Assembly: GCA_009103225.1 (NCBI GenBank)
Contig: RHPI01003216.1
Location: forward strand, 1 to 7,828
Direction: 5' to 3'
Source of the DNA: Chlorokybus atmophyticus
Taxonomy: Eukaryota > Plantae > Mesostigma and Chlorokybus algae
Length of the DNA stretch: 7,828 nt
The position numbers and the translations under genes are program-made. Positions 1 to 7,796 of this stretch are shown piece after piece. A model generated the notes under the pieces. The model was not told the origin of the DNA and searched no databases. It saw only the letters and a list, made by a program, of their open reading frames with translations. How positions within the stretch are numbered: the stretch's first letter is position 1; each line of letters starts with the position of its first letter.

Positions 1-16
1 AGAGAGAGAGAGAGAG
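1..16 (+). repeat. (AG)8 microsatellite, probably truncated by the window edge
   Basis: Read directly from the sequence. Confidence 0.95.
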
Positions 17-1417
17 TTGTGTTACGCCTAGGCATTGTGCACGGCATACCTATCTTGCTTACAGCCTACACGTTATGCTATGCACGTGCAGACACATGCA
101 ATGCAGGCGCATCACGGATTTCCACCCAGACAACGCAAGTCCCTCGTTGTTGCGTGCACTAGGAGGCTAGGCGAGTGGCCGCTGGCGGCAGCAACATGAA
201 CATAGTTTACACGTATACATATGTAGAAATTACAGTGCGTTGACGACCGCAGCACGCAGGCACACGCACACAGTCACGTCCTCACACCGACGCCCACATC
301 ACACTACCACTCACGCACACTCACACTCGACCCGACCACACCACCACAACCAGCTGCAGCCCCGCCGCGCCCAAGTGCTCCTCGCCTCCCTCACGCCCAA
401 CATGCACAGGGACCCAAAGCAGCACAGATAGCGAGAATGAGTTACAGCTTCAGCCCAGCCCAGCGCTGAGCGCTGCTCTCCCATGCGCACTAAGCTTGGG
501 TTTAGCGTCCATTGAGCAGCTTGTCGTGTTTGGTGTGGTGGCGGGCGAAAGCGCTGGACGACACAGCTGATGGTGAGCTTAGCAGGCTCTGCTCCCTGTT
601 GCTGTGCGACGGAGAGAGGTACGTAGCTGCACAGCGTCACAGCGTGTTGCTTAAGCGATCACGCAGTGGCTGCAGCACCTAGCTCCATGATGCTGTAGGT
701 TCAGTGCTTGACGCATGTGTGTGAGAGCTCCCAGCCGGCCGACCCCAACTCATTGTGTCGTGGGGTTATGCAGCTTGCAGTCCCTACATGAGCTGCTGTA
801 TTGCATGAACTGACATGCTCCACAACACTCAGTACCAGCGTTGTGGCCGGCTACAGCTGGCTACAGAGTGTCGTGTGAACATGATGTGATGCTAATCTGC
901 ATCGGATGCAGGGTCTTGTATAGCCTCATCAAACGCGTCAGTCAAAACTTCATGTAGATGCCCAAGTCCTTGTGTTCATGCGCTGGACACGCCTGGTGCT
1001 GAGTTGGAAACCATGCAAGCATGTTATAGTGAGAGCTGCGCCACGCAGCGGCGATGCAGCTCATATGTCAAAGCAGTCGAAGCAGTCCTTCCTCAAGCGT
1101 TGTTGGACACTGTCTGCTGGATGAGTCTCCATGACACAAATGCATTAATTTGGGGGCGGCTTGTCGAAGTGTGGTTAAAAGTCACCAAGCATGCCAGGTA
1201 GGCTTTGCCATTGCAGATGCAACTGCAAACAGCTGCCCTTTGTGCTTGCGTCCTGCACAGACGGCATGCAACAATACACCTGACTGGACACCACTGCCAA
1301 TGGACTGCTTGCATCACACACATTTGCACACAAGTTGGTGGGCAAGAGACTGCAAAGGCAGCTGCATTCTGCCGGTAAGTGAGCGATTGGGCACACATCC
1401 TGACATCTTGTGTCTGA

Positions 1418-1630
1418 GTGTGTATGTGCGCGCGCGTGCGCACCGGTGCATGCGTGCGCGTGTACATGCATGTGTGTGCGTGTGCATGTGCGCGCACGCA
1501 TGCGAGCATGCATGCACGACTTGTACCCTATGTATGTGCGCTGCTGCGTTGATCATCCGCGTGCGTGCATTCATGCACGTGTGCGTGTATTTGCGTGTGT
1601 GTGCATGCGCACGCGTGTGCATGCATGCAT
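1418..1630. repeat. Alternating purine-pyrimidine (TG/CG/CA mosaic) low-complexity tract inside the F-box intron
   Basis: Perfect RY alternation at 1418-1443, 1446-1504 (59 nt), 1572-1590 and 1592-1630 (39 nt). Confidence 0.92.
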
Positions 1631-1673
1631 TCTGTTGCCGCACTCAACTACTGGCAATGCGTGTAATTCACAG

Positions 1674-1971
1674 TAATTGGAAGACTGCCGCGCAAGACGA
1701 CAGTCTTTGGAAGTTGTTGTACGAGCTAACATTTCCAGCGAGCGGCGCAATGTCACATTCGCTGTGTAACAGCCATGCTGCTGCTGTACGCAGCTGGCGT
1801 GGGCGTCTCATTGCAGCACACAGATGCTCAGCACAGCGCCAACAACAATTCTTGCAACCACCCTGTCTCGAGTCACACACATGCCTTTCATGCGCCATCG
1901 TGGTTGCATTAAACCTGGCAAACCTGGTGAGAGTGGTGCTTTGTGCTGACGCAGTCATTGCCCTCTATTAG
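1674..1971 (+). CDS. F-box locus exon: C-terminal half of F-box and following helix (NWKTAAQDDSLWKLLYELTFP..SWRGRLIAAHR)
   Basis: Acceptor ttcacag at 1673; typical post-F-box W..DD.LW..LY...FP signature. The exon may end at a GTGAGA donor (1927) rather than at TAG 1969-1971. Confidence 0.7.
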
Positions 1972-3108
1972 CACTATCAGAGGGTCTGGTGTTTAAAAAC
2001 GTGCTGCGTCTCCTAATAGTGTGCTTGTACTTGTTGAGTCTGTGGGGAGTCACGTACCGTACCACTTGTGACCATAGAGTTCGTTTGTTGCATATTTTTG
2101 TACTTGAACGCTCTAAAGTGTGAGAGCGTTCGCTTCCATAGATCAAAGGTTGCTTTCCTACAGCTGCAATGGTGTGGGGTGGTCAGCTCCTTAAAATGTA
2201 CAATGCCTCCGGGCTCTGGCATCGGAATATTGTCGCATGGTCGAACCCGGTCATGTGTGGCATTGTGCCCGATTGTCATTGCGTTGAGAGCTCCAACTTG
2301 CTTTCCCGCAGGCTGCGCGTCTCTATGGTAACCAACTTAGAACTGCATCATGTGCTATTTCCCTTGTAAACAACACACACCCTTGCATGCATCCTATGAG
2401 GCATAACATCTTTTGTATAACTACAGTCAAACGCTGCCACCTCACACTCGTAGGGTAATATCCAGAGGCCAAACAATCACAATCAATACGCAGAATGCCA
2501 AGGCATAGAAGCATACCATGCTTGGTGATCTGGTCATATGCTGCAGTGCAGTCAAGTGGCTCATAAGCTCGAGCTGGCATCGGAGCATTCCCACTGTCAA
2601 GACATCCACAAATTCCCAGGATTGGCTCCCCCAAGATGTTGCCACTCGATGTCAGCAGCAAGCCAGCGATTTCATGACGCAGTCTATAATGATGCATATA
2701 ATGCACATGGTGATTAATGGAAAAACAAAGATTCCATGCATCCTGACCAAATACATCATTGCCAATTGATATGAAAGGTTCAGTGAGAGCGACTGTTATC
2801 TGTGTCCTAATGGCCGTTGCTTGAAAGCTTGCAGTGCACTGCACATTTACCAACTCAACGCAGGAAATGTACCAGTTCCGAGCTTAAAAGCAGCAGTAGC
2901 AGAGTGGCACAGCATATAGTCAGGCAGACAACGACAATGCGAACATGCCTTATACAGAAGGCCATGTGCAGCAATCGCTGCAACATACGTGAAGCGACCA
3001 CAGTACAAAATCGGTATAAGCAAGCAGCTCAGTGGCAACCTCTAACCCAATGGAGGCTGCCAACCATTCTACTTGTGCCAATAGGAAAAAGATGTCTAAC
3101 TAGCAGCT

Positions 3109-3363
3109 CTACAATTCATCCCTGACAACATCATCAATCTCATCTCCATACTCATTGAAGTCGCCCTCGCCCGGCTGGATCTCTTCAAACTCTCCTCCCT
3201 CTGCCCCCGGCAGATCACCCCAGTCTATCATGTCATCCATGTTGTCTTCCGCCTCAACATCGGCGCCTTCTGGCAGCTCGGGCATCTCTAGCTTGGAGTG
3301 GGTGGCGTGTTGGACGAGGAACTCTGCCATCGCCTTGAGGGACCTCGACTCGTCGAACTGGAT
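3109..3363 (-). CDS. PDI: PDI exon 13 ([10 protein letters not shown].., acidic tail, RDEL-stop)
   Basis: Acceptor gttgcag|ATC; TAG at 3111-3109 directly after RDEL. Confidence 0.96.
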   Translation of the reverse strand: MQFDESRSLKAMAEFLVQHATHSKLEMPELPEGADVEAEDNMDDMIDWGDLPGAEGGEFEEIQPGEGDFNEYGDEIDDVVRDEL

Positions 3364-6300
3364 CTGCAACCACACTTGCATTATGATGTGCACGCGAGCA
3401 ATGCCACTGGCAACAGCAGCAACCGACAGTCATGATGCAAGCCGGTATAGGCAAGTAAATGATAAGCAGCACGGAGCTCAATCGTACCGCTGTCTTTTTG
3501 CCAGCAGGGAAAAACATGAGCGTTGGGAATGCTTCAACCTGTGCGGTGAACAAGTGAATGAGAGCAATCAACACCTTATTAACTTGGAATGACCAGCAGA
3601 AGGCTGAAGCACCGCAGCTGACAGCATGGCTACACTAATAACACGTTGGAGGGCAGCCAACAGGATTGCAGTTAGAAAAGCAAAGGGATCCGGCTACTAG
3701 TTACGGTCATTGTCTACTACTACTTACCATGACAGACTCGTGCTCGTTGGTAGTGGCATCCATCTTGGCAATAACCAGCGAAGGGTAGTCCTTGAACAAT
3801 TCAGCCAGAGTTTGCCAGGCAGGCTCAAGAGACCTGCAGTGACCGCACCATGGCGCGTACAGCTGCAAGCAGGGATGCAATGGTCAGGAAATGCAGGTGC
3901 AACAGGTACGAGTGCTGCAGTCAAGCCACATGCCCTGAAGTATGACACTCACATCAATGAAGACGTCCTTGGTTTCATCTAGGACGATGTCGGCGAAGGT
4001 CTTGCCGACGACAAGCTTCACATGGCCATCTGTCTGCGCAACAACAACAACAACAACAAGGCAATATGGGCAACATACCAGCAATGACAGGAACGTGGAC
4101 AAGAAGGCTGGTGTGCTGAATACAGCCAAGCCCGCCAATGCATGCACCAGACAATCTAGACTTGCAAGGCTTGGTTGACGGTGAACATGGCATGACCACT
4201 GAGGCTACTACTAACATCCAACTGAGGCTACTACTAACATCCAACTGACGCTACACTCGGACTACAGATAGCACACGCGCAGCACACGCAATTGAACCTA
4301 CTCATAGCATTGTAACTTACATCTTCCTCAGGGATGGGCTCAGACTTGAAAAATTGCTGTGCCCTGCCTTCCACGAAATCGCTTGCGAATGTCTGTACAG
4401 CACAGGTACTCAGCAATGTGACAATAGCTGTTTGACAGATGCGTCCCCAGGTTGCACACCTTGAACGTCTGTTCGGCTGTGTCCACCGCCAGTGGAGTTG
4501 GACCCCTGTACTTCTTGCCCGAACCCTCGGTGTTGAGGAAAGCTACCACCTGTGTGTGACACATGCCAAGGCATTAGAAAGATTTAGATAGCTAAGGGTG
4601 ATCATTGCAAAGCCAGCATAACTACTAGTTCCTGGCCATGCGCATGCCAAACATGCTGAATACTCACCGTGGTTGGATCCTCCTTTGTTACTCCAAAAAA
4701 CTCTATCACAGGGTCAATCGCCTCATCGTTGAAGTCCACAGTAACAAAGATGACCTGCACAAAAGGATTGCAGGCAGTGAGGCTCAAGGCACAACCATCA
4801 CGCGCAAAGCCTGCATTGGAGATAACTGCCCACCTTGCCCCTAAAACCAGCAGCTGCTTTGGCGAAGCTATCCGAGTACGACTCCAGATCAGATTGAAGT
4901 CCCATGAGAATCACCTGTGCCACAATTTGAGTGCTGCAAATGGCTAAAGACAACTCGCACCACCAACCTTGCTGTGATGCGGACAGGACCAATCCACGGC
5001 ACCGCTTTACTATACCATACCTGCTTGTCAATGCCAGAGTTAAAGATGCTCTCGGTTGTCTGCTCGCTGAAAGGAATCACAAGGGGAAGCTTGTGCTCAC
5101 GAACAAACGCGGCGATATCCTCTTGTTCCAGCTTGCCCTCTGCAAGGGAATGAGGCAAGTTAAGCATGAACTGCAGACTGTGTGCCAGCGCCATAGCAAG
5201 ATTGCATGCAGTCACTTGCAACGTGTATAGCTTACCATAATGAGAGATCTTCTCGTCAAACGACTTGAACAGCGCAATGGCGGGTGGTGCAGCTGGCATG
5301 CCCAGGATGTCCGCAACCTCCGTGTCATTGGTTTGCGCGTACCCAACGCTGTAGTCATCAGCAGCCATTTGCGTGAACTGTTCCCATTCAGGACCCTACC
5401 ACACGCAAAGCGATTATAACAAGTTTGTGGCTGCGCATGATGTGTGCAGGCAGTCCAGTATTGTATTGGTGCTTACATCAAAGCTGGCGAAGAAACCCAC
5501 GATTGTAACAGAGGAAGACTCTTTGATTGCATGCGCCTCTTCGATGGTGCTGATGGTTCGGGCTGGAGGTCCTGCCCGCTTCAACAAGTACTGAACGATG
5601 TCATCTCTGCATAAACAAGACAACATCTTGAGCGTGCAAGCATCGCATAGCAAGGGACGTGAGCCGCTAACAATAGTGGCAAGCTGTGAACTCGTGTTGA
5701 CAAGTTATGTCATAAAGTACCTTGTGCGCCCGGCCGTGTAAGGTGACTGCTTGCCTTTGTGGAAGTAAATAATGGTCGGGTAACCCTGAACTTCATACTC
5801 CGTGCTGAGATCAACCTCCTGCGTGGCGTCGACCTTCGCCAATGCCATGCTCTCAGGATAGGACTTCAGCTCCGTAGCAGCTGCCGCCCATTCTGGCTTC
5901 AAATGCTGCGGCCACAAACGCAGATGCACAATGCAGGTTAACAACTGGCACTTGATAGCTGATCAGAAGCTGCTTGCATGGCCAAATACATGCATGCCTA
6001 CATGACTGGCTGGCATTGACTGCAACACGGTGCACGCAGCATGGTGCGATAATGTGTCGTCTGGGCGACAGAAACCAACCTGACAGTGGCCACACCAGGG
6101 TGCGTAAAACTCAACGAGCACATGCTCGTACTGGTTGATGACGTCCGTGAAGTTGTCCTTGCTGAGTACAAAGACGTCAGTTTCGTCCACATCCATGTCC
6201 TCCTCAAAGCCGCCCGCCTCCTCGCCGTCGCCGCCGCCGTAATGGCTGAAGTCGCCTTCACCATACTGCTCGCCGTCCCCATAGCCGCCGTCATCCTGGA

Positions 6301-6427
6301 AGAAACCCTCGTCCTGGTCGTCCAGCTCATCGCCCAGCGCAGCTGCCGTCGGCATGCGGGCGCACAGCTGCCCGGCCACCAGCAGCGCCGCAGCCAGCGC
6401 AACCAACCACCGCCTGTCGACCTTCAT
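3109..6427 (-). CDS. PDI: Protein disulfide isomerase (classical a-b-b'-a', RB60/PDIL1-like), 13 coding exons, 597 aa
   Basis: Manual splicing gives join(6427-6080,5905-5721,5606-5477,5395-5236,5139-5021,4914-4834,4754-4668,4549-4460,4392-4321,4033-3953,3862-3728,3538-3488,3363-3109) = 1794 nt. All 12 introns (67-287 nt) are GT-AG with matching phases and there are no internal stops. Protein has signal peptide [84 protein letters not shown] and terminal RDEL. Confidence 0.97.
3488..3538 (-). CDS. PDI: PDI exon 12 ([17 protein letters not shown])
   Basis: Acceptor gcacag|GTT; donor GCG|GTACGA. Confidence 0.93.
3728..3862 (-). CDS. PDI: PDI exon 11 ([23 protein letters not shown]), a' active site; not shown in the ORF track
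   Basis: Hand translation; acceptor cttgcag|CTG; donor ATG|GTAAGT. Confidence 0.96.
3953..4033 (-). CDS. PDI: PDI exon 10 ([22 protein letters not shown])
   Basis: Acceptor gcgcag|ACA; donor GAT|GTGAGT. Confidence 0.95.
4039..4059 (+). repeat. (CAA)7 microsatellite; (TTG)7 on the coding strand, next to the intron 9 acceptor
   Basis: Read directly; ends 5 nt from exon 10. Confidence 0.93.
4198..4254 (+). repeat. 23-bp tandem repeat ACTGAGGCTACTACTAACATCCA x2 plus a degenerate partial copy, in PDI intron 9
   Basis: 4198-4220 and 4221-4243 are identical; 4244-4254 reads ACTGACGCTAC. Confidence 0.93.
4321..4392 (-). CDS. PDI: PDI exon 9 ([18 protein letters not shown], x-linker)
   Basis: Acceptor gtacag|ACA; donor GAT|GTAAGT. 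Confidence 0.94.
4460..4549 (-). CDS. PDI: PDI exon 8 ([18 protein letters not shown])
   Basis: Acceptor cacag|GTG; donor AAG|GTGTGC. Confidence 0.9.
4668..4754 (-). CDS. PDI: PDI exon 7 ([18 protein letters not shown])
   Basis: Acceptor gtgcag|GTC; donor ACG|GTGAGT. Confidence 0.94.
4834..4914 (-). CDS. PDI: PDI exon 6 ([13 protein letters not shown])
   Basis: Acceptor gcacag|GTG; donor AAG|GTGGGC. Confidence 0.92.
5021..5139 (-). CDS. PDI: PDI exon 5 ([15 protein letters not shown])
   Basis: Acceptor ccttgcag|AG; donor CAG|GTATGG. Confidence 0.95.
5236..5395 (-). CDS. PDI: PDI exon 4 ([15 protein letters not shown])
   Basis: Acceptor ggtag|GGT; donor G|GTAAGC, phase 1. Confidence 0.93.
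5477..5606 (-). CDS. PDI: PDI exon 3 ([19 protein letters not shown])
   Basis: Acceptor tgcag|A; donor GAT|GTAAGC. Confidence 0.95.
5721..5905 (-). CDS. PDI: PDI exon 2 (HLKPEW..GYPT..YTAGRT)
   Basis: Acceptor ccgcag|CAT; donor AG|GTACTT, phase 2. Confidence 0.95.
6080..6427 (-). CDS. PDI: PDI exon 1: signal peptide, acidic extension, start of a domain (..[11 protein letters not shown])
   Basis: ATG at 6427; donor CAG|GTTGGT at 6079; 348 nt. Confidence 0.93.
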
Positions 6428-6449
6428 GGTTGGACAATGCACGTAGTCC

Positions 6450-6580
6450 CTGAAAGTAACAGCCACAACAACAAGCTTAATACCGTCGCCACCGCCACCG
6501 CCGCCGCCTACAGCAAGCCCAATGCTGCCTAATACTGGCTCTGCTGAGCTTAGCAGCGTAACTGCCAACATGAGCAATAC
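6450..6580 (-). other. Candidate 5'-UTR intron of PDI
   Basis: Minus strand CAG|GTATTG at 6580 (alternative GAG|GTATCT at 6589) and ttgttgttgtggctgttactttcag| at 6450, 22 nt before the ATG; no transcript evidence. Confidence 0.45.
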
Positions 6581-6674
6581 CTGAGATACCTCTCGTTACC
6601 GCTGCCGCCAGTAGCCGCAACTCTTGCGTATCCCAGTAGCACGGAGTACCTCTGATTCACTGAGGGTATCTCAG

Positions 6675-6859
6675 ACGTCATACAGGTATCGTCGAGCCAA
6701 TCAGCGCGCAAGCATCTCTCGATCTGGGTCGGAGGTCGCAAAGGGGTCCGCGGGGGGTCCAATGGATCGGCATTGAGAGAGACGCAGAGAGTCACGAGCG
6801 ACACTTTTTCTCAGACACTGTTTGTCGCAGAGCAAGCTGAGAGGGAAGGGACACGTGGC
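6675..6859. promoter_or_regulatory. Candidate PDI promoter elements: TGACGT (minus, 6680-6675), AGCCAATCA CCAAT box (6695-6703), second CCAAT (6759-6763), G-box ACACGTGGC (6851-6859)
   Basis: Motif matches 250-430 nt upstream of the ATG. Short motifs occur by chance and the TSS is unknown. Confidence 0.3.
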
Positions 6860-7504
6860 TGTGCATGGCCGCAACATAGGCGGCGACGGGGGTCGCCGGA
6901 GACTTGTGTGTGGCGGCGTCGCTTCGCTGATTAGGGGTCGCTTGACAGTCCTGGCTTGGAATGAATGAACCTCGCTCCGTAGTCACTGCGTGATCAGCTG
7001 GGTGCTTGCAGTCACAGCTGTGAGGACTTACCCACACTGCATGCAGCCAGCGCTTCACAGTCAGAAAGCATCTACTTGACTTCCTGCTGCTCTTACTGCT
7101 TGCTTCAGCTGTGTCACTACTGCAGCTGCGCCAGCTTTACTGTGGCGTCTAGTGAAACAAACACCAGTTGCAAGTCGCTGCATACCTCTGAAGCAAGTAG
7201 TGCCGCTTGCCTTAGCTCCTCGACTATAGTGCGTGGGTAGACTACCCGTTGGTGTAATGTTGAGGATATGGGTGTTACTATGAGTATAGAAGTAGTGACA
7301 GTGTCCCACACACATACATGTTAAACCGTTTTCAGCTGTTTGGATGGGCGCTGGCAACTGCAAGGCCATGATAGCAATAGGCTCCTCGCGCTTGACCCCT
7401 GCTTCCTCACCCGCAGGTCCATCTTCCAAGCAAACAGCCACAGGTACACCCAAAGCAAATGGGTCGACTGTTACATTGGTTTTTACTTGGTAATGTGTGT
7501 CCAG

Positions 7505-7626
7505 GGGCTTCAACATCCAACGCAGCCAATGGCGATGAGTCAGTGCCAGAGCGAGAGAGGCCCGCAGGAACGACGCAATGGAGCGGGCAGGAGGAGTTTG
7601 CGGCGCTTCCAAGAATCAACACACTG
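7505..7626 (+). CDS. Possible internal exon of an unidentified plus-strand gene divergent from PDI (GASTSNAANGDESVPERERPAGTTQWSGQEEFAALPRINTL)
   Basis: gtccag| acceptor at 7504, CTG|GTAAGA donor at 7627, and a phase-compatible upstream donor ACA G|GTACAC at 7444 (61-nt intron). No recognisable domain. Confidence 0.25.
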
Positions 7627-7654
7627 GTAAGAAGCCAAAGAATATTGTGGTGAC

Positions 7655-7796
7655 AGAGCGAGAGAGAGAGAGAGAGCGAGCGAGGGAGAGCGAGAGAGAG
7701 AGCGAGAGAGCGAGAGAGCGAGAGCGAGAGCGAGAGCGAGAGCGAGAGCGAGAGCGAGAGCGAGAGCGAGAGCGAGAGCGAGAGAGCGAGAGAGCG

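Larger units (their letters stand above)
1013..1971 (+). pseudogene. F-box protein gene, apparently frameshifted within the F-box (pseudogene, altered allele or assembly error)
   Basis: Removing ACAC at 1318-1321 and splicing 1375-1673 (CG|GTAAGT..ttcacag|T, phase 2 on both sides) gives DWTPLPMDCLHHICTQVGGQETAKAAAFCRNWKTAAQDDSLWKLLYELTFP, which fits the F-box pattern LPxDxLxxI...CRxW...DDxLW. A probable upstream intron is 1198-1260 (CAG|GTAGGC..cctgcacag|). The start (ATG 1013 or 1217) and the 3' end are uncertain. Confidence 0.7.

Noticed and set aside
240-431. 63-aa His/Thr-rich ORF
   Set aside because: Product of AC-rich low-complexity sequence with a TTG start; no domain.
478-620. Possible third F-box remnant (LPCALSLGLASIEQLVVFGVV, then +1 frame WWRAKALDD..GER|GTACGT)
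   Set aside because: Needs a frameshift and matches the pattern only loosely; cannot be told from chance without an HMM search.
1093-1756. Several overlapping long ORFs on both strands (CVCVRAHA-type), including read-through of ORF 1150-1971
   Set aside because: RY-alternating repeats rarely contain stop codons, so these frames stay open by composition. The segment has canonical GTAAGT..CAG intron ends, and the 1150 frame has no ATG before the F-box LP.
2323-2853. 176-aa minus-strand ORF downstream of PDI
   Set aside because: No recognisable motif or splice support; probably 3'-UTR or intergenic. A blastp hit would change this.
4198-4254. 23-bp repeats as a CRISPR array or transposon terminus
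   Set aside because: Copies are head-to-tail with no spacers, in a eukaryotic intron, with no TIR/TSD or transposase.
3364-6079. PDI introns as Introner-like mobile copies or non-canonical introns
   Set aside because: All are GT-AG and I saw no sequence similarity among them.
6080-6100. Selenocysteine or otherwise altered active site
   Set aside because: Both sites are plain CGHC with TGT/TGC codons.
6086-6532. 148-aa plus-strand ORF, plus ORFs 3155-3592, 4931-5230 and 3710-3982
   Set aside because: Antisense shadows of PDI exons.
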